64,000 nt of DNA, from assembly GCA_030704615.1 (NCBI GenBank), contig CM060731.1:96155903-96219902 (forward strand). The letters run 5' to 3'. The notes beneath the pieces were generated by a model. It saw only the letters and a list, made by a program, of their open reading frames with translations, made no database searches and was not told the DNA's origin. Positions 24,195-38,190 of the stretch are shown one piece after another. How positions within the stretch are numbered: position 1 is the first letter of the stretch; each line of letters begins with the position of its first letter. The stretch comes from Takakia lepidozioides. Its lineage: Eukaryota; Plantae; Bryophyta. Position numbers and translations under genes: made by a program.

Positions 24195-27100
24195 TTGCTG
24201 CTGTGTACTGTTTCTGCAGGATGCGTGTGGTCTGCGGATGTGTACTGTTCCTGCAGGGGTGCTGGGCATCATGACTGGATCTTCGGAGTTGCGCACGTCA
24301 TTCCTTCTATCACAGCTGCGTGGCACGTTGCAAATCCCCCCGGATGGTTCCTTCAACCACAGGTCGCTTATATGGACTCCAACTATTTTCAAGTGGAGGT
24401 GGACATCGTGTATATACGGATGTTGCGGTCATTCGACGATTTTGTGAGAGGGGAGGAAGAAAGGGCAGAGGTGCCCACTCACTTCAACATAACGGTGCCT
24501 AAAAAGGGAAAGCATGAGGAGGGCGAGCTCTTAGCTCCAAGGGCCAATAGTTGCTCTCTTGTCATGAAGTCCGCCTTCACCTTTGTGGTTTCTGGATGGT
24601 CTCTATGTGTTCTTTGTAATGGCATGCTGCTTGTTTGCATTGTTTGCTCTTCTATTTTGTCAAAATGATATGCTCTCTTGCTCCGAGTATTCCACTCCGC
24701 CAACGTAGTTCTCATCATTGTTCAGGTTCCATTGTTCTTATGGACCTGAGGACAAGCGCACAAATGTAATATCTGTCAATAAACATTCTTTGAAGAGAAG
24801 GAACGGCAGGAGAGGGTGTGTGCTGGATGCTTCATCGCCTTCTTACAACAACCACCTGGCATGTGAGACTTTCCAGCGACATAAGGACGAGGGGACCAAT
24901 CTGAAGATGTGGAAGGAGGCCCAGCCCCAGAGTGTTTTCTTCTATCAAGAGGACATGCCCGATGCCCCTGCTGGAGGAACACAGCACGACAATGTCGACC
25001 TCAAATTTGCCATTGGCATTCAAACAGAATTTCAGAAAAAAACAATGCTCCAAATGGGTGACAAACGTATCGTCTCTTGTGATGCGACCTTCGGAACGAA
25101 TGAACACAAGGTGTGTGGAATCAACGGCGTGGACTCCTGGGAGCATAAGAGCATAGCATCTTTCACTGTGAAGGGGATCAGTGGGGAGCAGGGGCACAGG
25201 GGGACCATAGCCTTATCCGATGTGCAGGGGATCACGACATTGGGTCATCACCAGTGACCTATTAATCCCCCTATCGGATTCGACACCACGGCTGCCTCAG
25301 CCCATTAGGGTACTAGACACATAGGCCAAACTCCATTATGTATACTGCTCTGTATATGTTGGGACCATTTTGGGACCATGACGTGTACTTGTGTGATTCG
25401 TAGTGAGGGGTGCGCAGGTAGGAGGGAAGACAGCTTAGCAAATGCATGCCTTGGGGGGTTATAGAGAGGAATGATGGAGGGATGGTCTCCTTCCAAGGGA
25501 TCATGGCATAGCCCACAGGGGGGATCACATAATACTAAAATGAGAACAGAAGGGGTTGCAAGGTTCGGGGTTCACCTCTTGTGATTTATTGTCATTAATT
25601 TCAGTAAAATGTTTCGCCTATTTTCAAAACAAAAGTACTTACATTGCACATTTTCGTCTTTGTGTGCAGTATGCCATGTATACTCTTATGGTCTTCGACA
25701 TTTGGCCTTCCATTGCCTTGCCTGCTTCTGCATGAGGGGAGCACTGAGAGGGGAACAGTCACAATGTTTCCTGCCGGGGGATCCGTGTAGAGGGGACCAA
25801 GAGTGTAGGGTTGCATGGGGGATCAGTGAAAGGGGATCGATTGTGGGATCAATGATCAGGGGACCAGGGGAGGGTAGCAGGGGATCAGGAGCAGCAGATC
25901 TCACATCCGACAATGATTGAGGGTCCAGGAGTCCAAGGTTGCACGGGGGGATCAGTGAAAGGGGATCAATTATGGGATCAGTGATCAGGGACTTCGGACA
26001 CTCATGGTACCAGGGGATCAGGACCAGCACATGTTTGATCCGACAATGTGATTTTTATCGGCCTTTCATTGGCCATAGGAGGGCTCATGTATTCCCCTTT
26101 CATTGCCTTCACCGGATCTGCATGAGGGGTTTCAGTCAAAGGGGATCAGGGGATCACAAGCAGGGAGCACTTATCAGAGATTCATACTTGTATCTGATTT
26201 TGTGGTGGTCCTGTTGTGGTGTTGTAGTGGCCTTGCTAATGCCATTTTGTGGATGGTTCAGGCATACGTTCCCAGGGGTGCCGGTTTTCCTGTGCCTTTG
26301 GCATGTTCGAAGGGCCTGGCTGAGAAATGCCATCGAGAAGATCAAGGATGCCCAGTTAAGGGCCGATGTCTTGCAAGGTATGGGTGACATCATGTACAAT
26401 AAAGGTGGTCCCATTGGTGACTCTGCGCAGGCCTGGGCTGTGTTTAGATTGTATGAGTTACAAACAAAGTATCCCGCAGCTAAACTGTTCTTCCTGTATA
26501 TCCACAAATGGTGGATCCCGAAAGTGGACATGTGGGTTGTTGGAGCTCGAAATATCCCACATGCCGGACAAGATACGAATGCTGGAATTGAAGCGTACCA
26601 TGCAAACCTAGGTAGCCTCCTCACACATTACTGGTACATTTCGACCTTGAAAGCTGAAGGGTTCATTCGCAACTCTAGGATGGAACATTTCGTGCAAAAT
26701 GCGGTGTGGATGGCTGGGCAGATACCGGAATCCAACTTGGAATTGCCCGAGCACACGGGGGATCCTGCGAAGGTAAAAAGCATGTCTTCTCCAGGCACTA
26801 TATACACTATATGCAATCCAACATCCGAGTGGGCTTGTTGTGACTGCCCTAACGCCATGGAAGGGAACCTATGCAAGCACCAAGTGAAGGTGTTCAAGAT
26901 GTTGCGGCCACATGTACCAGAGGGTTTAATTGTCCGAACTTGTGGAACACGACTTGGAACACTCAATGGGGGCATGGCCAAGCTGCTCGACCTTGATCCC
27001 CTGTCCGCTGCGGAGCCCCCGTGTGACACAGATCCCATGTGTGGCATTGATCCCCCTGCACCAGACATGGTTCCGGCTGGCAATGTCTTGGGGGAGCAGC

Positions 27101-27468
27101 AACCCCGCCATGAATTGCAGGCAATTGTCATGAAGGCCATCGCAGAGGAGATGCTTGGTTTGGAAGTCTGTGTGAAAGGTAACATGGCCCTTCAGAACCA
27201 TCTTTTGAGTGACCTTCGTGTCACAAGAAAACTAGCGCAAATGGCCACACGCATGGCTGCGGATCTTCTCCACCCACATCTTGTAAGAAGGTTTGAACGT
27301 GTTCAGGATGGATTGGGAATGAGTTTGAAGAGAAGAAAGGATTGGGTAGAGGTTTCTATGTCACGGAAATCAAGACGTCTTGGATCCAAAAGAGTCTCAA
27401 TGATCCCTCCATCTTCGTCTATTTTGCATGCACTTCGTCAAGTTGGGCATCCCAGATTGAAGGATTGA
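24195..27468 (+). pseudogene. MULE/SWIM transposase of element D, multi-exon and probably defective
   Basis: VFFYQE..FAIGIQTEFQ..IVSCDATFGTN (D1), FLCLWHVRRAW (CxxH), QDTNAGIEAYHANL (E), WACCDC..GNLCKH (SWIM). I could not find the second catalytic Asp exon, and the segment after YHANL appears shortened. Confidence 0.8.
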
Positions 27469-27997
27469 GAGCAAGCAGGTTTATGCTCTCGTGCTCCCAT
27501 TCAGATTGTTGATTTCCCTGAGATTGCATTCTCATCGAAGCATTTGGTATCAAACAATTTCTCATTATTCAAAATGGCTGAAGCTATGTTCAGTGACGCA
27601 TGTGTTCTGTGATTCACAATGGAATGAAGGAGATGTGGATGATCTTTATTGCAATTGAGTCTGTATGCATGCATTTGCAGTTCTGTTCAAAACACAAATT
27701 ACCGCCCACTTTTATGTTTAGCCTTTAAATTAACAGTCCTGAATTCCAATACTGAAAAACGGTTGCCACCAGTCTCTAGTGCGTTCCCTGCCACCTTTTT
27801 TTGCATTGCAAGCACACTGCTCCCCTCCTCCCATCATCCCCCTCTTCGTGTAGTGCTTCGGCCTCTGCTCCCCTGAAATGGCAGAGGTCCCCTGATCCCC
27901 CTGATCCCCCTTCTCATCACAGCTGGCCCCCTCATACCGCTGCTTCCCGAGGTTGTGCTCAGCTCCCCGTGATCCCCTTCCCATTCACTGCTCCCCC

Positions 27998-28606
27998 TCA
28001 TCCCTTGCGGCTTCGCAATGGACTTATATGCCCGGTCCCCTTCACCGTGCACTGCTCCCCCATGTAACACCCAAAGAGTTTGCTCAACAAGTCAGTGCGG
28101 CTGTCATCCGGCGGGGCAATTATTGAAGCCAACGCCTTGTGTTCAGTGACCCATGATGTTTTGTGCGATTCACAGTGGTATGAGAGACATTTGTGGTGAC
28201 CTCGGTGGGAACCATTTGGATTCCCATAGTGTATATAACATATCGGACACCGTATATGTGGTTTTGAGAGCCATTCTGTCTCATAACCATTATACATTCG
28301 CTTCCAACGTGAAGCCACCAGTTCAAAGTTCTCCATTTGAAAAGGAGGATACCATTGCATTTGCAAGGCAATGCACCATAAAACCGATGCTTCAGTATCA
28401 TTGTCCCTTTCAGAGAGCAAATGACACTGTCTTGGACTAAAGCGAAAGTTTGTGGGCTTTGGGTCATCTTCCGACTCTGGGCTCTCCGCCATTGTTGGGC
28501 AAATTTCAGATTTTGCTTTGGGGTTTATTTTCAGTTTTTGTTGCATGCTTATGCACCACTCGTACATGCAAGGGACGTGACCTTTCATAGTGCAAAACAC
28601 GGACAT
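27998..28606 (-). CDS. Unknown Cys/His-rich cargo ORF of element D
   Basis: 202-aa ORF with CPIC..HRGHHKC..HC..H, located between the convergent transposase and Ulp1 genes. Confidence 0.45.
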   Translation of the reverse strand: MSVFCTMKGHVPCMYEWCISMQQKLKINPKAKSEICPTMAESPESEDDPKPTNFRFSPRQCHLLSERDNDTEASVLWCIALQMQWYPPFQMENFELVASRWKRMYNGYETEWLSKPHIRCPICYIHYGNPNGSHRGHHKCLSYHCESHKTSWVTEHKALASIIAPPDDSRTDLLSKLFGCYMGEQCTVKGTGHISPLRSRKG

Positions 28607-28654
28607 GACCTTTCACAACTTGCTCCTTCACACGCGACTTTTCACCAGTAATCC

Positions 28655-29115
28655 CCCGATCCCCCGATTCGAAACCTGCCGTCCCTCATCCCCTCACCCC
28701 GTGGTCCCCTCATCCCCTTATCCCCCATCCAGCTCCCGACATTCCCTCCATGATCCCCTCATCTCCCGGCCTGTTCCTCTGCTTCCCTGATCCCCTGATC
28801 TCCCCACCCGTCCCCCTGGTTCCCTGATCCCCTCTTCTCCTAGCCGGTTCCCCTGCTTCCCTAATCCCCTGATCTCCCCACCCATTCCCCTGGTTCCCTG
28901 ATCTATCCCGCCCGTTCCCCTGCTTCCCCGATCCCCGCTAACCCCTTATACAATCCCTTGTCTTCTTCATCCCCTCATCCCCCGACCGCCCTGAACCTGA
29001 GCCCCCTAATCCCGGGATCCCCCTGATCCCTCCCCCCCCCCCTTACCCCCCCTTACCCCCCTTGATCCCTGGTTGTCTGATCCACCTCAAGGATCCCCTC
29101 ACCCCTTCATCCCCT
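28655..29115. repeat. Degenerate (T)GATCCCC-rich low-complexity repeat tract
   Basis: Repeated ccctgatccc/gttcccctg units. Confidence 0.75.
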
Positions 29116-29273
29116 TCACAACATAGTGGACGCCAAAGAAGGCACAAAGGGATTACAAAGAGGAGGACAAGCTTCATTTTTTTTTCGTGGGGAATGGAGA
29201 TACAATAGCTACATCCGAGGCAACCGAGGCATGCACATGCGACAGTCTATGCTACAAATCTGCATCATCCCAA

Positions 29274-32200
29274 TTATCCACTATCCATCCACAAATCCTG
29301 CTTTGATACTGTATACTCACATGTAAACCAATCTGCTGTAAAAGTTGCCCCCCATTTTTTTGTGATTTTGGTCTCCAAGTATTTCTGTATGAAAGTCATT
29401 ACAAGGTAGCCACACTCCCAGCCGCTTGGTTGTTGTGGCACCTCAGGTTCCAGCCACTCCCATGCCATTATTTCATTCCAAAGTACTGAGTCCAGTTCGG
29501 CTTTGTGTAGGTATGCTCTAAAAGTGCGAAGACGCGTTTCAAAGGCAAGTCGGCTATGGGATTTGAATGATGTCATGGAATTCAGATGAACAAACTTGGA
29601 CTTATCAAAAACCATCAAACTCCAATGGCCCCTGCAGAACGCACATGTGTTTGAGGCCAGACACCACTAATGCTTTCCATTCTCCAAATCAAATCAAAGT
29701 CGGTCAAAGCTGCAAAATAGGAGGATTGACGGACGTACCCAGAGCATAAGGGGATGAACCATGTCTGAACCTTATCTGGATCCTTCCCTAGGCACTTCTC
29801 AGTTACCCAATCATTTACAAGCCCTTTGGAAATCCTGTGAAGGTTGTCCTTGGTTGATGCCTCCAAAGCCGTCCATATCAGTGTGTCCATCACAGCCCAC
29901 CAGCAACGATTACTCTCCTCTAGGGATAGCTGCAAAATATTGGCATACAAAAACACCCCTCCATCCCCCGCTTCCCCATACAATTTTGACAACCGTAGAT
30001 AATCCCATGAACCCAGAATGGACTCCTATGAAAGAAAACAAGGCAGCCCTTGTCCTCTGGGAGCTTTTCCCTCAGTCTATTCTGGTTTCTGCATTTAACA
30101 CAAGTTCACGAAGTCACACAGGTAGGCAATTAACTGTTAAGGGTGTTTTCAAGCAACCATATCATCCCCCTATCATGCGTATAAGCCCTGCTGAATGTAG
30201 TCACCATGAATTTGGTCCCCCCTTGGTCATTGGAAGCCCTGGCCCACTTACTTAGTGACTTCTGGCCGACCAGATTTCGCCTTCTGTTTCTTCCCTGTTC
30301 TGGTGATAGCTTTACTTTCCCCCTCAGCTGCACGGTTCTCCTCCCTCCCCCGCATCGCCACCCGTATTTTTTGCGCACGCTCCGGCTCCCCCTCATCCTT
30401 CGGGGGTCTTTGCTTCCCCTTGCTGATCCCCTCTCCGGTCTGCTCCCCCTTGCCCTTCATGTGTTCCTTCTCCTTCCCCTTATCATTTGTTTCTTTCTGA
30501 TCCACCTGCTCCATGCCCTGCAATTGGCGTCCCGAAGTTTTTGCAGCAACCCTATGACGTGTTCGACCTGCTACTAGGCCAGAGGATGGTTTGCCGGAGG
30601 TCAAACCCATGTGCAGGGGGGTTGGAGCAGAAACCATAGGCGTAGGCACTGTCAGACCCGTGGTGAATGTGGAGCCAGGGGTGACCCCCAATTCAATATT
30701 CCAAGGATCTGTGGAAGCGATTGGAAGAGTACCAAGGGGCTGGAGTAAGCGCTCTGCTGTGGGAGAGACCAAACTATCTGCGAGTGTGGATAACAATGGG
30801 ATGGCCTGTGGATGATACGGGGGTGCACCTAGGAAAACTGATATGGGCGGAACAAACCCCTCCGTTGCCAATTCGGTGTTCCCTGCCAATGACTGGCGTT
30901 CAGGGGTCACCAACGTTGAAATAACCTCAACCTATGTCGTCGGCAGAGGACTGGAAACAGCTGCAAATCTGCTGGACTTGGTAGTTGGATCCACCATTCT
31001 TGGCACATCCACCCTCTCCACGTGGGAAGTACACACAGACACGGGATGAGTTGAAAGAGGTGATTGGACAAGGGCACAGAGTGAAGGACCACAAAGAGAC
31101 ACATCAGCCCGCGAAAGAGCATATACATGGAGGGGAGCAGGCATGACATCGGGAACAACGTTGGGGGATGACACCTCGGGTGATGGAGCACTGAGGGGGG
31201 GACCAGAGGGGGTCATAGTAGCATGCAAGAGAGCAGACAGATGTGGGGAAGAAGAGTGGAAGTTAGGGGCAGACAGGGGGGGACCAGGGTCACACACGGA
31301 TGCATGCTTCGTAGAAGACAGATCTGGGGGAGCAGACAAAAAATCGGGAGTAGAGGTGGGGGCTGCCAGGGCTAAAGGGAGATCAGAAAGGGAGGGAGCA
31401 GTAATACACTCTAAAGCAGTACCAGTTGAGGGGGGAGCACAAAAAGATAACTCATGCGAGGAGGGAGATGAGTCCGATGGGATAGCATGTGGTGAGACGA
31501 GGGTAGCCACTTCTGGGGGAGCAGATAATGGAAGAAGTGCAGAGGCGGGGGGATCACATGGTTGGGGAGGAGTTGTAGAGAGGGCGGCAGACACAGAGGG
31601 GGGGCGGAGAGGAGGGTAGCACCTGGTGCGGGTTCACAGATTTGAAGGGGAGCAGCGGCGGGGACATCACATGATGGGGCAGCAGAGACAGAGAGGGTAG
31701 CAGAGAGGAGGGCCGCTCCTTGGGAGCGATCAGAGATAGGAAGGGGAGAAGAGGCGGGGTAGCAGAGACAGCGAGGGCAGCGGAATATTCCCTTGGGGAG
31801 TCTAAAAGAAGACAGTGAGGCAGAACAGTATGAGAGGGGATGGGATTGACATCAACCTCCGCAATGGGTGTGTAGAAACCTGCCGTCGGAGATTCCACTT
31901 GAAAAGTCTCTGTATGAGGCGTTTGAAGGTCTTCAACCCGTGAGGGTGTTGGCGACGCCATCTGCGATGCATGGTGGGACAACTGCGATGAATTGAAGGT
32001 GTCCACGTCGATGTGGGAAATGTGAGGGGCATATGGTGACACTCGTCGGTCGTATAGTTCATGTCTTCTCACCAACAACACCTTGTTTGCTTGTAAGACC
32101 TTCTCCATGGCATTTTGAACTCCAACATCAGCTGCCTCAGCCTCACCTATCACAGAGACAAGCGCTTGTGTCTTAGCTTTGACCCCCGTGATCCCGTGAT

Positions 32201-34308
32201 CCCCCGATCCCCGACTGTAAAGTCTGCTTCCCCATTTATCTATTCCAATTCTGATCTTCACAATGATAGACTGTTGGAGAGGCAAAGCATGCACTTACTC
32301 AAAAGATGCACGTAGCGTCCCAAATCAATGTGCTCCCGCCTAAACAATAAATCCTCCCAGGCCCTGGCTGCACGCCGTATCCCTTTGGCATCGTTGCCCT
32401 TGCACCACAAAACTTGGAAGTGGGTCGTTTCCGTTGCTGCAAATTCATGAAACGCTCGGGCATGCACCATGCAAAGAAATGCTCGGTAAGAGTCGATGAT
32501 CTGCATTTTGTCCTGCATTGTACCATATCTAAGCTGACCCTATGCCAGGAGCACTTCTTTCAACATACTCTCTTGATTCTGAAAATTCCCAAACGTCCGC
32601 CAACCTCCATGCAAAAAGAGTCCAAATCCATGGTAGGGCAGTTTGTGAGCAGTCTACGGTGCAAAAAGCATCATGATATGACTGGGGCAGATGCCGTGTC
32701 TTAAATCGGCCAAAGGATACAAGTGTGAAACTGGGGGTCGAGGGTCTATGGTAGAAAAAACTTGGAGGGGAACAGGGACCGGAGGCAGTCGGGCTGGACA
32801 TTGACGTTTCAGCCAGGTGACAATGGCATCAGATTCCTCGGTAGTACTTAGGAGAGGGAATTCAGGAAGCAGACGTCAAACGTCCTGCTCCTCCAGCAAT
32901 AGTTCAACAATATCAAACTGGAGATCTAGAGATGAGGGGGGGGCAGCAGAGGAGGGAGCAGCAGAGGGGGGAACGGTGCAAGGGGGACATGACGTGGGGG
33001 GACCTGATATGGGGCGAGCAGACCTGTTTGCAGTAGAGGCGGGGGGGGGGGGGATGCAACACAGAATGAGCATTACAAACCGGGGGCAATCCTGGGAAAC
33101 TATTGGGGGGAGCAGATGGCCATAAACTCAAAAGGAGATTGGGGGGTGAAGCAAACTTGTTCTTGTAGAAGCCATCTTCTCCAGCGGCGTTCAGCCCTCT
33201 CCACTCGCATTGCAAACCCTCCACTCCATGCAAAATCCACAAATGCATCCCAGAATCTTTCATCATTCTGGTCAGCAAAATTGGAAGGGAGAAGTCCATG
33301 TTGCAGGAGTATAAATGTTCCAGCAGGAGTGATCGGGTGCGGTGTGTCGTGGTCGAGCCCCATCCCCTGCAAGAGGCCCCGAGCTCCCAGGCTGCTCCCC
33401 CTCGTCCTGATGAGTAGTCTGCTCCCCCACATCTGCGTGTCTTCGCTGTTTTCCGGACTGGCCCCCCTGACTTTGAGACGGATCCCCCCATGTCCGATCC
33501 CCCCCATTTCTGCTGCTGGCTGCTCACGACTGTAGGGATACTTTTTCTTTGGCTTTCTACTCCAAGTGACAGCGAGTTCAGGCCGCACTTTGGCTTGTCT
33601 CTCACGGGCGGAGGGTAAAGTAGTAACAATCTTAACCTTTTTTGCCCCCTTCTTTGGTTTGGTGCGCTCAAAATCGGTGTTGGATCCACTACGGCTACTC
33701 CTCTTATGAGGGGCAGCAACTTGTGACGGTGCAGGCGCATCAGGCTTCTGTTTTCTCGCTCCTTTGGGCTGCTGCTGCCGATCAGTAGGGGACACGTCGT
33801 CTCCTGGTACGCGCCGCGCTTCGGGGTTTGTACACCCTCTAACCTCTCCACAAAATGAGTAACCTGCTTCGGGAACTCGGCAGCGGGCCAGGGTTTTAGT
33901 GGCAACTCAACCTCGTCCCAACCATCCACCATGTTCAACCAATGACAACCCTCCCCATCAATGACATGCCTATTCAACCTAACCTTATCCTTCATGGGCC
34001 GCCCAAAAAACTTGCACTTATAGGGATTCCTTTGTTTCGCGCCATCACAAAACTCTGAGGTCCGCCTCTGCCTCCACTATCATCTTCTCCCACTCAGTTG
34101 GCGTATACCAGAAAGGAACCTCGTCCCCTTTCTTAGGCTTGTGCCAAAAAACTAGCATACCATCCTCAGGGGGAACAACCTTAGGCCTAGTCTTCGCCAT
34201 CGGCAACGAGCACACGACGCCGAAGTACAGAAAAGAGGATATGAGTAGAGCACCTGAAAAACCACAACGAAGAGCCACCACCGAAGAGTCGCTTCGCGAG
34301 GAAGACAT
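29274..34308 (-). pseudogene. Multi-exon Ulp1/C48 protease-like gene of D with a long Pro/Ser-rich N-terminal region; frameshifted
   Basis: C-terminal exons: WAVMDTLIW..TWFIPLC, then KFVHLNSM and EVPQQPSGWECGYLVMTFI (Q-x5-C oxyanion/catalytic Cys motif). The upstream same-strand ORF fragments at 30248-34308 are linked to it by inference only. Confidence 0.75.
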
Positions 34309-35379
34309 TTCGCACGTGCAGTGTCCCTAGGAGAGCGGGCACGTGGGGGAGCAGGGGATCAGTCGATGGACACGTGGCGACAGCACCAAAGTGGGGATCA
34401 CTGATGTCGACACGTGGGGAGATTTGGGCGGTCATAAGGGGGAGCAGGCATGGGGAGATGTGAAGGGGGAGCGAACCCTAGCCACTCCCAGAACATGGGG
34501 ATCAAAGTAGGGGGACCAGACACATGGGGGGATGTTAGTACAGGGGAGCTGACATGTGCGGAGAGTACTGGATATGACATGCATGGCAATTCTGTGGTCA
34601 GGGAGGTGACATGTGGGCAGCGAAGACAGGGGGAGCGGCGGGGGGACCAGACAGTGGGGGAGCAAAAACTCAGGAGGGATTGGATGTTTGGGGTTTTGCA
34701 AGTGACGGATTGAGGGAGGGAGACAACTCATGAGAGGAAGGGGACCAAAACTGCAGGGGTAGGGAACATGAGAAGAGACCATTGTGTAGGACGAGTAAAA
34801 CACCATGCTAGGTCGAAAAATAAATCCCTATAAGTGCATGCATTATGAGCTGGCCGGTATACAACCATCTTGGACTCTCCAACCTCCATCAATCCTATTC
34901 AGCTGCTCGATACCCAACCATGTTCGATTCTGCAACACACAGATGTTCACATTTGAATCTAGCAAGGTAAGTAGTATGAAAAAACAAACATGAAGTTGAG
35001 GCTGAAGTTTAATATGTGAAAGGTACTATAGTTACAGATCCTCATCCCCCTGCACGTGGGATTTGGTGCAGCCTACGCCAATCCTGTCAGCTTTCAAAAC
35101 AACAAACAACAAACAAGAAAGAGGCAAACAAGAAAGAACAACAAAAGAAGAAGAAGAAGAAGAAGAAGAGAAGAAGAAAACCCCCTGTACGCATTGTATG
35201 CAAGACGTGAGTCGCAAGAGAATCACAGACGCCATAGAGCGCACACGATTGAGGCCCTGGCAGGTCATCCCAAGCCCATCGTAGCAGGAGCACGAACAAG
35301 CATGACAGCTGGAAACCCTCGCTCAATCCAGATGGAGAACCCTACCTCCACGACGAAGTGAACAGCACATGCAGGTCCA

Positions 35380-36788
35380 CGTGGTGCGATACCCACCGTT
35401 GGGGATTGGGGGATCGGTCGAAGGGGGATGGGGGATCACTCCCGCCCTGGACGGGGGGATCAACCCAGTTGCGGGGGAACGGCTCCGATGGGATGAGGGG
35501 ATCGACGGCGGGGGGAGCGCCATGTGGCGGTGGGCGTGCCATGGGGCCTTCATCCGGCCGTCGTCCATCCACTGCACGGGAGGATGGCCGGGGATGAGGG
35601 GCGGATGACCCAAAACATCCATTGTTTTGAGGTTGGATGGATGCGCAGGGGATCGACAGTTCGGGGGAGCAGCACGTGGCGGGCGATTAGGGGTGGGGGA
35701 TCACTCCCGGTCCGGAGTGGGGATCAAGCCAGGTCGGGGGGAGCGGCGACGTGTCGGGGGATTGCGCCGTGGATGGGACGAGGGGATTGGCGGCGGGGGG
35801 AGCGCCACGTGCCGTCCGATGGGTGGAGGGGGATCAGTCACCGCATTGGACGGGGGATCAACCGAGGGGAGGGGCGGCGACGTGTCGGGGGATCGGGCCG
35901 TCGATGGGAAGAGGGGATCGACGGCGGGGGGACCGGCACGTGGCCTATCAGTGTCATCGCCCCTTCATCCGGCCGTCGTCCATCCCTTGCGTGGGAGGAT
36001 GGCAAGGGGATGAGGGGCGGATGACACACAACATCCATTGTTTGTGAGGTTGTGTGGATGCGCAGGGGATCGATGGTCCGGGGGAGCCGCACGTGGCGGG
36101 CGATTAGGGTTGGGGGATCACTCCCGGTCTGGAAGGGGATAAAGGTGTGTTGGGGGGAGCGGCGACGTCTGGGGGGAGTGCGCCGTGGATGGGAGGAGGG
36201 ATCGACGGCGGCGAGAGCGCCACGTGGCGATGGACGCGTCATGGGGCCTTCATCCAGCCGTCATCCATTTAATTGAGGTTGGATGGATGGGGAGGGGATC
36301 GACTCGGGGGAGCGCCACGTGGCTGGAGATGGGGATGGGGGATCACTCCGGCACTGGAAGGGGGATCAACCCAGGGAGGAGATCGACGGTTCGGGGTAGT
36401 GCCACGTGGCTGGAGATGGGGGTGGGGGATCACTCCGGCACTGGAAGGGGGATCAACCCAGTGAGGGGATCCACAGCGGGGGGCCGCCACGTGGCTGGAG
36501 ATCGGGCAGTGCTGTGGGGCGCCGCGTGGCCAGCGGTGGGGCGGGGATCAGGGGTCCCGGGCGGGCGGGCGGGCGGGCGCAGGGGGGTCAGGGGGGTGCG
36601 GGGAGCAGCGGACGGGCGGGGGCGGGGCAACGGGCGGAGGGGTCGGAGGGGGGTGGGGATGATTTGACATGGGGCGTCCAACTCGCCGACAAGGCTGCCG
36701 GAGCGGGGGTTCCCCGGCTGTACCTCGCGGCCGTACCCGTCAGCTCACACGCTTGCAATAAAATCAAGCCACATCCATATTGGGACCG
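35380..36788 (-). repeat. Right TIR and subterminal repeats of D
   Basis: Reverse complement of the left TIR, with an extra ~88-bp internal duplication (36313-36460) and one more modular copy at 35520-35760. Confidence 0.9.
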
Positions 36789-38190
36789 GAAAAACATGAC
36801 CTCTTGATTGATAACCGCGGGTAAATTTCCAAATCCTTACATTGTGCATAACCGTGTGTACTCCACCCCCGGAGAAAATACTGTCAAAAAAGTCCAAAAT
36901 ATGAGACCCGCCCAACATCGACGTACACCATGTAACAGCACTAGACATGGGCAAACACTTGCCCCACCTCTCCTAATGACTTGCAAATCCTTAGGTACCA
37001 CACATTAGATATCCGTTTTATCCATACGTAGGTTGGCCATAATGGTTGGTATTGAATAGAAACCTATATTTAGTTTTGAGCCATGATTTGTTAGGGAGTT
37101 GGTATCCTACGAGCACAGTCTGAGAAGAAAAGGCGTGAGTGGGACAAAAAAACAAGTATGAGCACCATCCACGATTACACGTCGTAGGTGGACATAGGGT
37201 ACTGCTATGTTACTAGGGTCAGTTACATGGTCTATGAGTATATTTTAACAAAAACCCTCTGTAAAACACAAATCTTACACTACTTTTAATATTATGATAT
37301 TATAGACAGCAATATTTGGCTAGCAAAACTACCTCAAAATTTGTGATCATGCGAGCATGTTTCATTGGCGTAAAAAATAAAAATGCAGTATTTCGCCTAC
37401 GAAACTACTTCACTATTTGTGCTCACGCGACCACAATGAGTGTTGTTAGTGAAAATAACCAGTGTTGGGCGGTTCTCTATATTCGTGACCACTAACCGGC
37501 GGGACCGGTTATGGATATATACCCACTACACCCGAGGTTCTAAAAAACTTTAATAACCTGCCGTGCTCACCACCGGCGGGGCGCACATGCCCCGCTTGGG
37601 TTTGGAACCAGCGGGGCATGAGACATTGTTTTTAATTAACCTGACCTGTGTGGGGTAAGATGAGACCCCCGGTTACTATTAATGATACTTGGTGGTAACC
37701 AGCGGTTACTTGTTCTAGGTTTAGCCAGCATCTCGTGTTTACTCTCTTATTCTTGGTACAATGATAAGGAAGAGGTCTTTGTGAATCATATGAACGCAAA
37801 GTGTGTTGGAATAAATATAGAAGTGCTATAGTTCACCAAAGTGCCTAAGCCGTAAGGCTCTTCTAACCGTAACCGTTACAAGGACCGGCAATTCTATCCC
37901 AGTTATTAGATTTATAATATATCCGAACCGGATTGGCTGAAAGTAGCCAAATAACCGGTATGTAACAGAACCGGAAGACATGAAACGACACTTAATAACC
38001 GGCTCCGGTGGTTCTTGAAAATCTTCAAAACCTAAATAACCTGAACCGGAGGTTCCTAGAAAACAATCATAACGAAAATAAAAGAGAGTTTCGCGTGAGC
38101 ACAAATTTTGAAGGGAAGACAATAGGAAGCGTGTGATCTGACGGTACTTTCGCCGGATTCCTACAGCCTGAGCTCCTCCGGCGGGGCCCC

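Larger units (their letters stand above)
22862..36788. mobile_element. Element D: 13.9-kb long-TIR (foldback-like) MULE with a SWIM transposase (+), an unknown ORF (-) and a Ulp1 protease gene (-)
   Basis: CGGTCCCAATATGGATGTGGCTTGATTTTATTGCAAGCG.. is inverted at both ends. The 9-bp TSD has one mismatch: GAAGAACAT (22853-22861) vs GAAAAACAT (36789-36797). Confidence 0.92.

Noticed and set aside
37455-38070. AACCGG-rich stretch starting CAGTGTTGGGCGGTTC
   Set aside because: Probably a DNA-TE remnant, but I found no matching second TIR or TSD.
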